Source of the DNA: Phoronis australis
Lineage: Eukaryota > Animalia > Phoronida
Reading direction: 5' to 3'
DNA length: 64,000 nucleotides
Assembly: GCA_002633005.1 (NCBI GenBank)
Contig: NMRA01000266.1
Location: 74,544-138,543, forward strand
In this document: in pieces, positions 11,946 to 24,169 of the stretch
Layout: each line of letters begins with the position of its first letter
How positions within the stretch are numbered: position 1 is the stretch's first letter
Position numbers and translations under genes: made by a program
Notes under the pieces: model-generated
What the model was told of the DNA's origin: nothing
The model's database searches: none
The model's input: only the letters and a program-made list of their open reading frames with translations

Positions 11946-14299
11946 AAACAATCAATCAGACGATTTATTTCTTTACTTGTGACTCCAGCCCATATACAAG
12001 TAAGAAAGTTAATAATAAAAGCATGCAATTAACAAACTGTTTGACACAGTACAAACTATTAAATTAGCTGTACACAATAAAAACTGACTGAAGCCACCTA
12101 AGTTCCTAACATTGCAAAACTTCATAGAAAAATAAAGGGGTCGCCATCAACCTCATTCACGTTACGACAAGCACATGTAATTAACTTCCTCGTAAAGTAG
12201 CGACCAACCCATCCGGTGCATCCACACATGTTTTGATGATCTCTGTAGTAAACAAGATTGCGTAATGGTCATTCACAGAAACATTGCCTCAAGACAGCTG
12301 ACCATTACCATATATGGCAAACAACAGAGTAGTTCAGATGATTGTTGTGAAAGTTTTTAGAGTTGTTTCCTGTTATTTTCCTGTAGAATATTGAATCATA
12401 AAGTTTAGTGCATGCAACCCACATATTTGTAACTTGTATATAAACCTGTTCACTTGTCTAATAAAGACAGTCCTCATCTTGCTACTGCCAGTTGCTTTAC
12501 TAGTGTAATTGAGTGTTCCACACTTAGTTACTGAATACAACCATCTCACTGACGGACCGAGGCTGTCCACAACACAACACAACGCTGCTACTAAGTCTAG
12601 TTATTCTCCACTATTCTACTACATAGTACCACCCTTATTGAATAGTAAGAAGAAGTTGTAAGGAACCAAGCAGCACCTATCCTATAACCAATACACAATC
12701 CGTAGTCGAAGGAACTTTAAATAAACACGCAACTCACCATTCCGATCACACCGCCATTTTAAATAAACACGAAGCCGGAAGTACAATTCATTGAAAAACC
12801 AGGTCTAGAACGACGACGGCGCGACAAGAGCAGTGCCTGTTACCAGTCTGCAAACGGGGATAAAATAATTGACACGAGACCTTAACTTTTATAAATACCA
12901 AAGTAGAGACAATAAGTACTGAAGCTGTTGACAAAATGCGGCAACTAAATTTTGACAAAAATTACTTTGCCGGCTCGGACCAGCTGCCGATGACCCAGTG
13001 CAAACCGATCGAGACCACTCCACTGGCAAAAGGCGAAGGCATGCAATTCCCTAGTCACAGTCTTGTGGCAACGACTGAATAATATAATAGTAAGGCCGTC
13101 TATGGCTGCGGGTGTTTTACTGCGTGTAATTAACTCTGGTTAACAAACAGCATAAACAGAACAACGAACATGCAATGCCAAAGTAATTGAGTATATATAT
13201 GTTGTACATTTATGATATCTCGGCGATAAAACTTGCGAATAACGAAATTATATTTAGACGGAAACCAAGATGCCGGCGGTTGTCTCCTGCGAGTTTAGCT
13301 AACGCCGGTAGGGGATGACTGCCAACAATGAACGACAGAATGCCATTTGGTTGCCGAAATAACTCCAATCATAAAACTTGCAACGTTGCCAAATGGTACA
13401 ATATAAGGATTAACGAGTTTACTTAAAAGGAACCATACCCACTCACACAGAAACATTCGTATAAGATGCTGACCCGGCGAAGCCGGAATGCTTGGCCTGC
13501 CGTGTTTGGACAATTGTGTTTCGCGGAGCAAGTTGAGCATATTAATTTGTTACCCGGACCACGAATGTGTGAAATTTGCGTGAGTAAAATACTTCGTCAC
13601 GCCCCTAACAGTGCAATATTTTCCGGTCGCAAAACGTTCAGCTCATTTACTACAATTCACTACACTGCCCCCGTTTGCATAGCAGAATTTTCATAATTAG
13701 ACAACTGAGTTACATATTGTCAACTTTTTTCAGGTTTTAAAACATAATTCCCTAACAATTAAGAATCAAAGCCAATTGGGCAAGTGATTATTTTCCTGGC
13801 GAAGACTCACGGCAAGTGCATGGGGCCGGGTACATTGTCTTGGTAGCAAAGTCAAGCTCGGGTGTGTGTTACTGCAATTGAGGTGTGAAGCTCACTGCTT
13901 TGAGATAAGACTTGTTTTTGCTTGTTGAAACATCGCCGTGTGAGGAATTTTTCTAGTTTACATTTTGAACGTCCAGTAAAGCCTGTGCGGAATAATTGCC
14001 AGGTACGCACTGCGCTCTCACTTCCGGGTTGTCACGCGGCAATTGCTCCGTCCAGGCTAGCACTTCCATCAGTTTCACGATGTGTCGATGACGATAAGAC
14101 AATTGGTGATCTAGAATGTTTTTCCTCCAATTTATTACCTAACCGGGCACTGTTGCTGAAATTTGACGTATCCTAGCGGTGAGTCAGATCTGAACTCACT
14201 AGTCGAGTGTTGGCTGCGGGAAATGCGACGTACTTCACAATCGTATCATTATTTATTAAATACCCTTCCTGCTACAGTGTTTTGCAGTCTTCGTCCAAC

Positions 14300-14932
14300 C
14301 TCTTGTTTTTTGTGTCTGCTGTGTTGGAACGGAAATATTCCGGACTCTCTCCAAAATTTGCTAATGCGTCACACGAAAAACCGACTGCTTCCTTGAGACG
14401 CCAATCGGATTATTCCGCGATACAACATTGCCTATCACACTAACGCAGAGAGAGGGTTGGTCTTCTTCGTCTACAAATCCGTAAACTACAAAACTATTGA
14501 TAATAAAATTATACAATCAATGATTAATTGATGGATTGAACATTATGTCAACCACAGGAAGGTATATTAAGGGTTTTTCTATCTCTCACAATCACCGATG
14601 TCCCATGAATGGAAGACTTGTTTTAAGTCCTTTTCGGAACAATCGCAAGAAATCTCACAAATCAATAAAACAATTGTTAACCGCGGGGATTTCAATGCAA
14701 CAAATAGTACTTGGTACTTAGACGACATTGTCAACTAAGCCAGTCACGAATTATTCGATATTCTCTAACCAAATGACTGAATACAACTAATAACTGAGCC
14801 GAAACGTTTAAGGGAGTGTTAACATTCTTGCCTTGGCTTATGTACTACAAACAATCTCGGATTAATTGAATACAGTTCTATTAGACCTCCCATTGGTAGC
14901 TCAAACCACCACGTTATGGAAACAACATCCAG
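14300..14932 (+). mobile_element. LINE AP-endonuclease remnant, 5' part
   Basis: Broken frames give a GxGxxxFV-like segment, IVNRGDFNATNSTWY (GDFN motif) and GSSNHHVM (SDH motif). Confidence 0.7.
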
Positions 14933-17261
14933 TATACGTGTAGTTCTAAAACCCTTTCGAACCGCTCTATCTACCACCCCCTCGACCCACAGCACCTTAA
15001 CCCAGTCTGCACCAGCTTGACTGCAAATTAAAAGAGTCTATTCGGCAAGTTTTAAAGCCAAAAACAGAAAAAAAAACAACGCGACTAAATCAAATCAATG
15101 ACCTACCGACGTTATAAATGTCATTCACGGCAGAGTGATTGGAGTATATTGGTTATGAGTATACAACAGATAGCAAATAATAAAAATGCGAAAGTATGTA
15201 CGTTCACGTTAACGTACTCTCTCCCTAAGTTTAGTAGAATTTGTTCATTGGTAGCCGCTCGCGGAAGTATTTCCGTAACAACGATTGCGCACTCACATTG
15301 CGCTATTTCAGATCACGTTCTCACGCCACTTCTTGTTTTTATCACCTGACTTGACTTGACTGAGCCAGAGCAGACTATTGTAGGTATGTCTTACGGGAAA
15401 GTCACTCAGTGACGTACATGTAATAAGAGTATGCAATATTTAAAGGAGCATGCCACCCAAAAACAACCTAATTTGTATCAATTTAGATCGAGTAGTTCTA
15501 CTCCATAAGGACACGTATGGTTGCATTCCCTGACACCTGACGGCAGACAGAGGTGTTGAAATTATCCAATGACGTCATCGGTTTCACACGCAGTCTGTTC
15601 AGAATTTCACAACACGGGTTACTGGTGTCAGCTTATCGCTTGAAGTCATCATTTAACACCAATAAATCATCAAACTTCGATGTAAAACCCTTAAAAATAC
15701 ACCGAGTTCTTATAAAAGCGTGTTGTTTTATTTCGCTCTTACGGATTTATTGGTATTTGGACACACCGTGGCCTACAAAGTTCGGCAGGCCAATAAGGTC
15801 TGTAGCAGGAGTTTGGGGTCTGTTCGGAGATAATTTCGAAGTACTTTCCGTGACATACAGACAGGAGAACCTAGATCTGTGTTGTTTAGACTTTTTTTGA
15901 GTTCTAAACACAAAACGCTTGTTATCCTGGCCAGTGGCTCGGAGCCCGATCAGGCCCGTCGCGGCCGCAGGGCCGGATTGACTATCCCGGCCAGTGGCAT
16001 CACAAATGTAAACCAGCCAAAGTTCAGTGGAAACTAAACTTCCAGTCAAGAAAATACTATACTAGTGAGTCAAAGTAATATGCACGTGATTATGTTGGTG
16101 AATTAGCCACGAAACTGCAAATCTACTTAATCGTCGGGGGCCGCGAATTCAGGTTCCGCTTTGGCCACAGCACCGTCAGGGCAGAAGTTGTACATTGACA
16201 ATCATTATGTGAGTAACGTAAATGTAAATTAAGATTTGACCCTAACACCTGGCCGTGGGATGGAAATCGAGTTGTTTCACAACAGTTTCTGCCAGCAAAC
16301 ACTAAATTAGCATGAGGTCACACGGCCTCGGCCGGGTGTCCTGTCAACTAGTTTTATTGCAGCTAAAGCCGGTAACGCAGTGATTTATTCATTGCTGGAT
16401 TCTCAAATCATTTGCACTCACGAACACTCAAAAGGCATTGCAAGTTGCATCTAATGAGACTGACTTTGTTTCAGTTTCATATAAGTATTGGTTAGGGTGA
16501 GAATAATTCATTTTGAAACAGAACGCTCAGTAATAAACTCGAACATGGCAACCGTCGCAATCCCGACTTAAGACGAGCTAGAGCTCATCAGTCACGACTT
16601 TGCAGGTGGATCGTTTAGTTTTACAGGCTATCAAATCGAATAGGAATACAGTGATGAAGAAATACTACAGAGGCGCCGTGAACATGCTCAGACAACGGAA
16701 CGTATGGAGTTATTTGGTAGGCCGGCATTCGTCAGGCACTGTCGACGTCTGCAGGCCACTCACGGAGATGTTTCACGGTCTCATACTTGCTATTTACAGC
16801 GTACATTTAATTCTTCACTACCATGAGCCACTTCCTAAGCATTTCGGACTCTCGAGAAAGTAAAAAAAATGATATACCCGCTTTCCTCGCAGCTGCTTAG
16901 TTCGGACAAGCGGGAACGATGCACAGCAACATAACGACATTCACTCTGCATATGAACCATTGACGTCGCTAGCGTCGTTTGTCACCTTCCTCACAGCTTA
17001 GCGCGACACCTCTTGGCAAGGTATGGTCGACCGTATGCGAGGCGATGTGGATATAGAACAATTAAGACGGCAAAAAAGACTAATTAAATCCGGTCGCATT
17101 CTCTTTAAAACATCTCTAAAACACCGCTATTGCCACAGGTCGTGGGCCGAGGGGGTTGTGGGTCGCGATGTCTAGGAGTTATGGCTCGATTGGGTGGTAG
17201 GTAGAAGGGGTCAAGGGGTGTGGGGTCGAGTGGTCGAAGGGGTTTTAGAACTAACTGTATC
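14933..17261. mobile_element. Foldback DNA element with TIRs and a candidate 4-bp TSD (CCAG)
   Basis: Left TAGTTCTAAAACCCTTTCGA is the inverse of right TCGAAGGGGTTTTAGAACTA. CCAG occurs at 14929-14932 and 17262-17265. Confidence 0.7.
15444..17104 (+). mobile_element. Non-autonomous Kolobok-like DNA transposon (about 1.65 kb), copy 1
   Basis: TTAA|AGGAGCATGC ... GCATTCTCT|TTAA. A full-length diverged copy lies in the opposite orientation at 54106-55735. Confidence 0.8.
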
Positions 17262-17265
17262 CCAG

Positions 17266-17430
17266 CATTCAAACTCAACTGCGCACCTGGAGAACCCGAC
17301 ATTATAAAAATGGTTTGTAATTACAACCTCATTAGCACGGAGGAAATGCACAACGCTAAACCACATTTTACTGGATTTAAGTACGAAACAAAACTGACAT
17401 AAATGACGCAGTCTCGTCAATGACACAGTC
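17266..17430 (+). mobile_element. Continuation of the LINE remnant after the nested insertions
   Basis: AFKLN...KMVCNYN...TDINDAV resembles the post-endonuclease linker (RxxWxY...DIN) that follows the SDH motif. Confidence 0.5.
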
Positions 17431-18880
17431 ACCATACATCATGTTAGATGAAAATATCCCACATTACGGCGTTTTCCCGTTGCTCCCAACTTGTTCGATT
17501 TTGTAGCCCAACAACAAGTTGGGAAGAACACCACTGTAGACAATAACTTACTCGACTGATTAACTCCATTCTGGCATTTATGGATGGATGGTCAGCTCTC
17601 TTTTGTTTGATAATTGCTCTAATCTCAGGTAAGATCATACATGTATCTGCCCTGACTGCCTGTGCTGCTAAAACGAAAGTTAAGTTATAACATATTTGAA
17701 CGTGAAATTCTCGTCAAACGGTGATCATGTTTATTGTTTAGAAACACCAAAATTGCAGAACTAAAACAGAAGTTACGACAATATATTCTTTCCGAATGTA
17801 GCAATTCGCTCTCATAATTTGACTGTCTTCACACGCGGTTTTTAATAAGCCTGGTAGATAATTGGCCCGCCTGCTGTCAAACCAGACAGAAGACTGTGCT
17901 TGGCAGTTAACAGAGAAGGTAGATGTTATTACACGCTCACCACCATGTACGTCTGGTAAAGTTGCTGAACAGAAAAACGCCGTGAAATCAATAAAAAACA
18001 AGAACAAACCGTGATTTAACAACAAGATAAATTGTACCATCGCCGGTGCACGCGTACGCATGCGCTGTAAGTGCCTATAATAAACACAGTCTCCATGAAA
18101 TTTACATCAGTTCTCATCCATTTTCCTTAAGGTCATTACATTGATCGTTGTAATGATTTTCAGGCTTAAATCCTAAGACAAAAGGCAATGTCTTCTTAAT
18201 CGAAATTTTACTTTGACTCGGCAGTTTTCAAGTTAGATTTTGACAACAAACGTCTTTTGCTTAGGCCATTTTGTTAAGAATGAGTCATTTTGATTTATTC
18301 TTCTGGTAAACCACATGGGCAAAATCCAGTCCCAGTTAAAAAAAATTGTCCCCAATTTTGATATAGGAAGCTCCTCACTAATCCCGCAAAGTTTGGCATG
18401 AATAGTTCTGTAAAGGACCTATCTAAAGAAGCAAACAAGTGGACGCTATTTAATAATACAAATATTTCCACATGAAGGCGACTTAAAGCGGGGTCTCACA
18501 TACATGTATTTATGATGAGAACACTGCTTCTGAGGATGAAAAATTAGTTTTCGCTGATGTCATATTAAAGAAAATAAGAGATCGCATCAAGTTAGAGAGT
18601 GCGCACCACTGTGCCTCGGGGCTGATGGTACTGCAAAGATTCACCTGTGTTTGGGTGAATAAAGTCAAGAGCTGAAGGGTCAAAATTTCCAGCGTCCGGT
18701 GGAAGTTGAAATTGGTAACAAGACGAAAGAAATTAATGTTTGCCGGAGTAGCCGTAGAGTTTAATGTGACTTTTAGTTAGTTTTCTTTAAACCTTTAATG
18801 GATAGAGTGCAGTTTTGCCGTTTAAAAACTATACCCGTTATGAAATATCTGACTATCGAAGCATTTAATAATTATTGTAG

Positions 18881-19100
18881 GGTCGCTGACACTAATGCTG
18901 CTGCTGCTGGTGGTAATAATCCTCAATGGGATACTTGGCAAAATGATTGGAATAAAAATGATCGATGGGAGAGAGCTCAAGAAGAAGACGACTTGAAGAA
19001 GAAGAAAAGGTCAGTTCAATTTTGTGGACACAAACGATTTATCACACGAAATTATTATGTCCCGCGACGGTTCATTTGGAGGGTGCACCCCGAAATCTGA
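18881..19100 (+). CDS. Secreted prepropeptide, coding exon 2 (pro-region, KKKKR and cationic 29-aa peptide)
   Basis: Acceptor TATTGTAG|G is phase-compatible with exon 10573-10631. It reads VADTNAAAAGGNNPQWDTWQNDWNKNDRWERAQEEDDLKKKKR-SVQFCGHKRFITRNYYVPRRFIWRVHPEI*, giving a 92-aa spliced product. Confidence 0.75.
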
Positions 19101-19170
19101 AAAGAGAGCACACTTCTTAAGATTCTCAGTAGGCTTAGTCATGGCCAGTGGTGATAAGTACACCCTTTAA

Positions 19171-19176
19171 AATAAA
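19171..19176 (+). terminator. Poly(A) signal of the prepropeptide gene
   Basis: AATAAA 70 nt after the stop codon. Confidence 0.55.
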
Positions 19177-19970
19177 AGAAACATTAATCCCTGGATATAC
19201 AGAAAGGTGCGTTAGCATGCTAAGTTCCCTTCAACACCTTTGACAGCAATGCTAACGATTTTCGTTTCTTTTACGAATGTCAAGAAATTTTGTGTCATGT
19301 AAGAGAAACAGTCATATGATTTGAATTTTAACAGTTTAGCGTACAATTTTGTTACGCTTCTTTACTAAACCATTTAGTGTTGTGTGCAGACGAGAGTTGA
19401 TTGTATTGCATAATGCGTTGAAAAATTTGCTATAATACATTTTCAGAGTACCATTACATGGGTTTGAAAAAAAATGCAAGCTGTTTGAAACTCTTCATTG
19501 TTTACAAAATAGTTTGGATTAAAATATCGCCCTGGGCAAAGTGTTGGCCTATTTAGCAGATAGTATTTTTGCGAGTAAATCTCTAAATTTACTGACTGAT
19601 TGAATATGACTGACTAAAGCAGAACAGCAGGAAGGTGAACAGTGTTTAGGTGTATAGAACATAATTTTACATCATCTGCTCCAAAATATCACATACTTTC
19701 CGTCGCCACCACTTTGACCTCAACTTGTTTTCAAAATATTCGCTCCTCTCACTCGCCATGTGAGTGTGGAATTTACTGTTTGGGGGCTAAACTACTTATT
19801 TCAACAAAATTTCATGATGGAGGGTAACTTTTAGAGCAGTACATGTATTAAGCAGTTGTGGAAGTGGTTCGGCCTTAACAGGTCATTTACTTCACGGGAA
19901 TGCCAAAAAAGTGTGCGGTTTTACCAGTTATGAAATATGTGACCATCGAAGCATTTACTAATCATTGTAG

Positions 19971-20187
19971 TGTCGCTGACACTAATGCTGCTGATGGAGG
20001 TGGTGATAATCCTCAATGGGAAACTTAGAAAAGTGATTGGAATAAAAAGGATCCATGGGAGAGAGATCAAAAAGAAGACGAATTGAAGAAGAAGAGGTCA
20101 GTTAAATTTTGTGGACACCGACGATATATCACACGGAATTATTATGACCCGCGACGGTTGTTGTGTAGGGTGCACCCGGAAATCTGA
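19971..20187 (+). pseudogene. Tandem duplicate of prepropeptide exon 2 with a premature stop
   Basis: Same acceptor context. It reads VADTNAADGGGDNPQWET*KSDWNKKDPWERDQKEDELKKKR-SVKFCGHRRYITRNYYDPRRLLCRVHPEI*, with TGG>TAG at 20026-20028; the AATAAA is missing. Flanks about 18810-19830 are duplicated at about 19915-21330. Confidence 0.8.
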
Positions 20188-22599
20188 AAGGAGAGCATTA
20201 TTCTTATGCTTCTCAATAGGCCTAGTCATGGTCAACTAAGATTAGTACATCCTTTAAAAACATTAATCCCTGGAAATACAGAAAAGTGCGTTAAAATGTT
20301 ACGTTTCCTTCGACACTTTTGGCCGCAATGCTAACGATTTTCGTTTTCTTCTACGAAAGGCAATACATACTCTGCTACATTCGAGAAACGTTCTTATGAT
20401 TTGCATTTGACAACTTTTGAGTACAATTTTATTATGTTATTTGTAATCGCTATTATTTCTAAAGCATTTGGTGCTGTGTGCAGACGACAGTTGACTGTAC
20501 TGTTTACGAATCCCTGGGTATCAAGATTCTGCCAAGTTGTTCCGTTTAAATTTACAATGGGAAGGGGACCAACCACCTTCTCCTATGGATACCTTGGTAC
20601 CAGCCATACTGTGCCACAGGGCTGATGGTGCTGTAATGACTCTTCTTTGGGTGACTCAAGTCAAGAGCCGGGGGGACACACATTTGTAGCATCAGGTGGA
20701 AATTGAAACTGGTGATGAGGGAAAAGAAATTAATGGTTCCCATAGTTGGCGTAGAGTTGTGATATGGCTTGTATCTAGGGTCTAACGACCTTCGTTTTCT
20801 TTCATGAAAGTTTAGACATACGTACATGTATCGTGTCACTTACCAGCAACATTCAAACGAGTTGCCTTTGAACAGGTTTGCCTATAACTTTTGTTACGTT
20901 ATTTTTAATCGATGTTGTTTCTAAACCATTTTGTGCTGGTTGACGATAGATGCATCTATTGTTGTATAATACGTTGAAAGTTTTGTTATCGAAGTTTAAC
21001 ATTAAGTTTTGATTTGCAGGAAAACATAATATGGGTTGGAGACGAAACAGCAAGCTGCTTGAAATTCAATATTGCTTCCAAGATATTTTGGATTAAAATA
21101 TCTCATCTGGCAAAGTGTTTGATTATTGATTTTGACATTAAAATAGTATGCAGGTAGAGCAATAAATTAACGTTCAATGCAGACCAGCAGGAAGATGAAC
21201 AAAGTTTTTTGGGTGGAGAACATAATTTTGATGCCTCCCTTCAAAAATGTCTGACTCCTTGCCAGAGCCACCCCTTCTCCCTCCCCCACCATGATGTTAG
21301 CAGAGTGGCCCCTCTCACCCGCCACAACGTTGCGGACTTTGCTGTTCGGAGGGCCAAACCCCGTGTTTTAACAAAAATTCACGTTAAGGTTATTCCCAAC
21401 TTTATTCACGAAAAATTCCATTTTTTACAATATTTCACTTGTGTATAGTAATATACCTTATCTTCATTCTCGGGTAACTACAAATACAAAATATATACTG
21501 CGTAGCGAGAAAAAAAACATTTAACAGAACCACGTCGGAACCGCAAAACCGCGTGGATATTTGTTTACTACTTATCCGAGGTCAAAGGTTAAAGGGCTTT
21601 CAATCAAACCAAATTTCCCGCCAGGTACAGAACAGCTTCGTATACCCTCAGTTCTTTCATTCAAAAAATCGCCACAACATTGAGTAAACGAGGTGTACTT
21701 ATGGTAGAGTGGTGCCGGGGAAAACAAAGTCAAAACGTAGGGAGATGTGCGTCTACATGCAAACGACCGTTGGCGACTGTCGCGTCAGGCCTCTGTGGTC
21801 ATGAACACAGCAAATTGTGAAAAGGGATAAATACTCACCCTATATCCTTCATTCAATTAATAAATTAACATTTCAATGTTTCGTCCGAATTGTTTAACAT
21901 CTTCATGAAGCCAAATACTTGCTTTATTTAAAAATTAGAAACAAATAACTATCTTATGCATCAGTATTTTTTCATTCTGCATTGCAAGAAAGCCATTTTC
22001 GGTCCATTGCGTGGTATACCCCCAAAATAGAGGCTGATTGAATTCTCCCTCTTAAACATGGTAAAATAAGATTGGACTTTACTGTTTTGTTCATCATCCC
22101 AAGGGTAACTCAGTAAAATGCATACATGTAGTATGGTTCAAATCCGCGACATTGGGTTTATCACCCCTCTGGGAATTTTTGCAAGCCATTATGTCTCGAT
22201 CAGCTTGGAGAATATAGTTAGATGAATTACAATTGCTGAGAACTATCCGTATCTTAAAGAGAGTGAAGTGCTGAACACTGCAGTGACAAAGGGACATGTT
22301 AACGGAAATTTTTATTTTTATTATGAAATATACCGCCTTTGTATATGCTGCATTAATTTCGTTCATCACAATCTAAAATTTCATGTAAAAACTACTTACA
22401 AAGCCTGCTATTCCGGCAAGCATGACTCACGCTTTGTGCGATTAGTCTATGGCTGCGGAACAAGTACCCCACACTACGAGCCACGTTTCTTGGTAAATGC
22501 ATGAATTATTTTACCACACATTCAAAATAGCTGACAGGACAAGACCCAGCAATCACGTAGGCATTTATAAATATACCATGCGGAAGAGCAGGATGGAGC

Positions 22600-22737
22600 T
22601 CACTAATTGCTTCGCGACAAGAAACGTCTAGTCCAAATCACGTGTTCTCGTTTAAATAATATGACTATATCCCACGAAATGTCTCGAAGTCCTAATTTTT
22701 AGCGAGGTCGTAGCGTAAATCATAGCCTTACTGAACT
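22600..22737 (+). mobile_element. Degenerate M1 MITE copy
   Basis: AATCACGTGTTCTC...TTTTTAGCGAGGTCGTAGCG...GCCTTACTGAAC matches 1066-1220. Confidence 0.7.
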
Positions 22738-22749
22738 GTATTGAGTCAG

Positions 22750-23138
22750 GGCCCGGTCTCCAATCTTTTTACTCGAAATGGAACTCGAAATTAGGTTTGG
22801 TATTTTCTACTCTACTTATGGGCGAACTCAAGATAAGTGTCTATTATTCTATGCTCGAGTACAAAATAACTTACGTAGATAATTTATTGCCCTTAGTTCA
22901 CAGTTTGTAAACCCAATACTAAAGCAATAAGTTCGAGTTTTCACTCGAGTTTGTAGCACGAATATTCATTTGTAAGGGTCGTCAAGGGCAAACTTGAACT
23001 AGAAACTCCTATGCATAAACTATAATGAATTCGAGCACAGTCTGATAACCAATTATCTTAAGTTCGCACAAAAGGAGCAGAGAAATTGTCAAAAATAGTT
23101 TTGAGTTCGTTTCGAGTACAAAGATTAGAGACCGGGCC
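22750..23138. mobile_element. PIF/Harbinger-type MITE
   Basis: TIRs GGCCCGGTCTCCAATCTTT..TACTCGAAA / TTTCGAGTACAAAGATTAGAGACCGGGCC with a 3-bp TSD CAG on both sides. Confidence 0.85.
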
Positions 23139-23221
23139 CAGGTTTCATAAACCACAGCCTCAGGTTAGGCACGCGTCACAGTCATAAACTGTTTCTCATT
23201 GCATGGCAAATGATTGACATC

Positions 23222-23553
23222 TCACAAGTAGTAGAAGTAACAAATCGCGGGTTTCTTGTCAAAGAATACTATTTTTCCACATCTCTCCATTTGTCCACAT
23301 ATCTGTCCACATTCGCCCAAGGTCTTCCCTTGTCGCTTCAATAACAACTTCTCATTTTTGGTAGTGTCGTAACCGTGAAAGACAAGATCTCCGCAGATGT
23401 TTGTGGATTCCACTGATTTTATATACACTCTTCCCATTGTAACAGATGGCGCTGTAACTTGCGTTGCAAGGGTATTTCCGTCAGTACTAACATCCGCTCT
23501 ATTGCTTGTGACACTGGCGTCTCTTGTATCGGAGCCGGTGGTTGAAATCAAGT
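23222..23553 (-). CDS. CBM2-like x2 + PAN protein, paralogue A, last exon (Thr/Ser linker + PAN/Apple domain)
   Basis: Phase-1 acceptor TTCCTTAG|AC. TLGECGQICGQMERCGKIVFFDKKPAICYFY gives the C-x3-C-x5-C...C spacing typical of PAN domains; stop TGA. Confidence 0.85.
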
Positions 23554-23898
23554 CTAAGGAAGAATTCGGTAAAGTTAGATGGTAACATTTAACATTGAAA
23601 GTGTACGTGAATGCCTTGGGTATACATTGTAAATGTAGATACTCAATTCAAGCTGTGATTCGTGTAATTTGATAACATAATCGTCAACAAATATAGTCAC
23701 GCATCGTGTCCCACCTGTCGAGTCGAGGTGTTTTTTTCAGTACGCACGTACATATTGCGGAAGCAGTGCCACCGGTTCCTTAATTATCTCCCCTGAGTAT
23801 ACGCCCTCTAGCGATTGCACAGCCTCTTGGGTAACATTCGCTATGTAGTAAAAAGCAAAAATTTATGTAGTGCATAGCTAATAGGTTTTCACAGTTAC

Positions 23899-24169
23899 CT
23901 GTCAATACGGGGTAAGATGCAATTGTAGAACTAATGTTCTCTGGTATTATAAGGTCCACCGTCGTCGCTAGAGTTACACCAGCGCCATCGTTGACAGGTG
24001 CGTATCCTTCGATGTAGCCAATTCCTCCGATGTCAGTATTTGCTAAGTCCGTCTGTGCTTGGAAGGTCAAAGTCAGAAATTCACCTTCATCAAATTCCAC
24101 TTTGCCGTTAGGCTGTACTTTAAATTCCTTAAGGTTCGCTGATCGGGATAGTTCTTCAGCTGCCCAAAA
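23899..24169 (-). CDS. Paralogue A exon 4 (second half of repeat 2 + linker)
   Basis: Acceptor TCATAG|TTTTGG; FWAAEELSRSANLKEFKVQP...FQAQTDL...IGGIGYIEGYAP; phase-1 donor G|GTAACT. Confidence 0.85.

Noticed and set aside
15553-15900. Apparently conserved ORF pair (15553-15900 and 55408-55626)
   Set aside because: The similarity reflects two copies of the same non-coding transposon; the ORFs end differently and show no protein motif.
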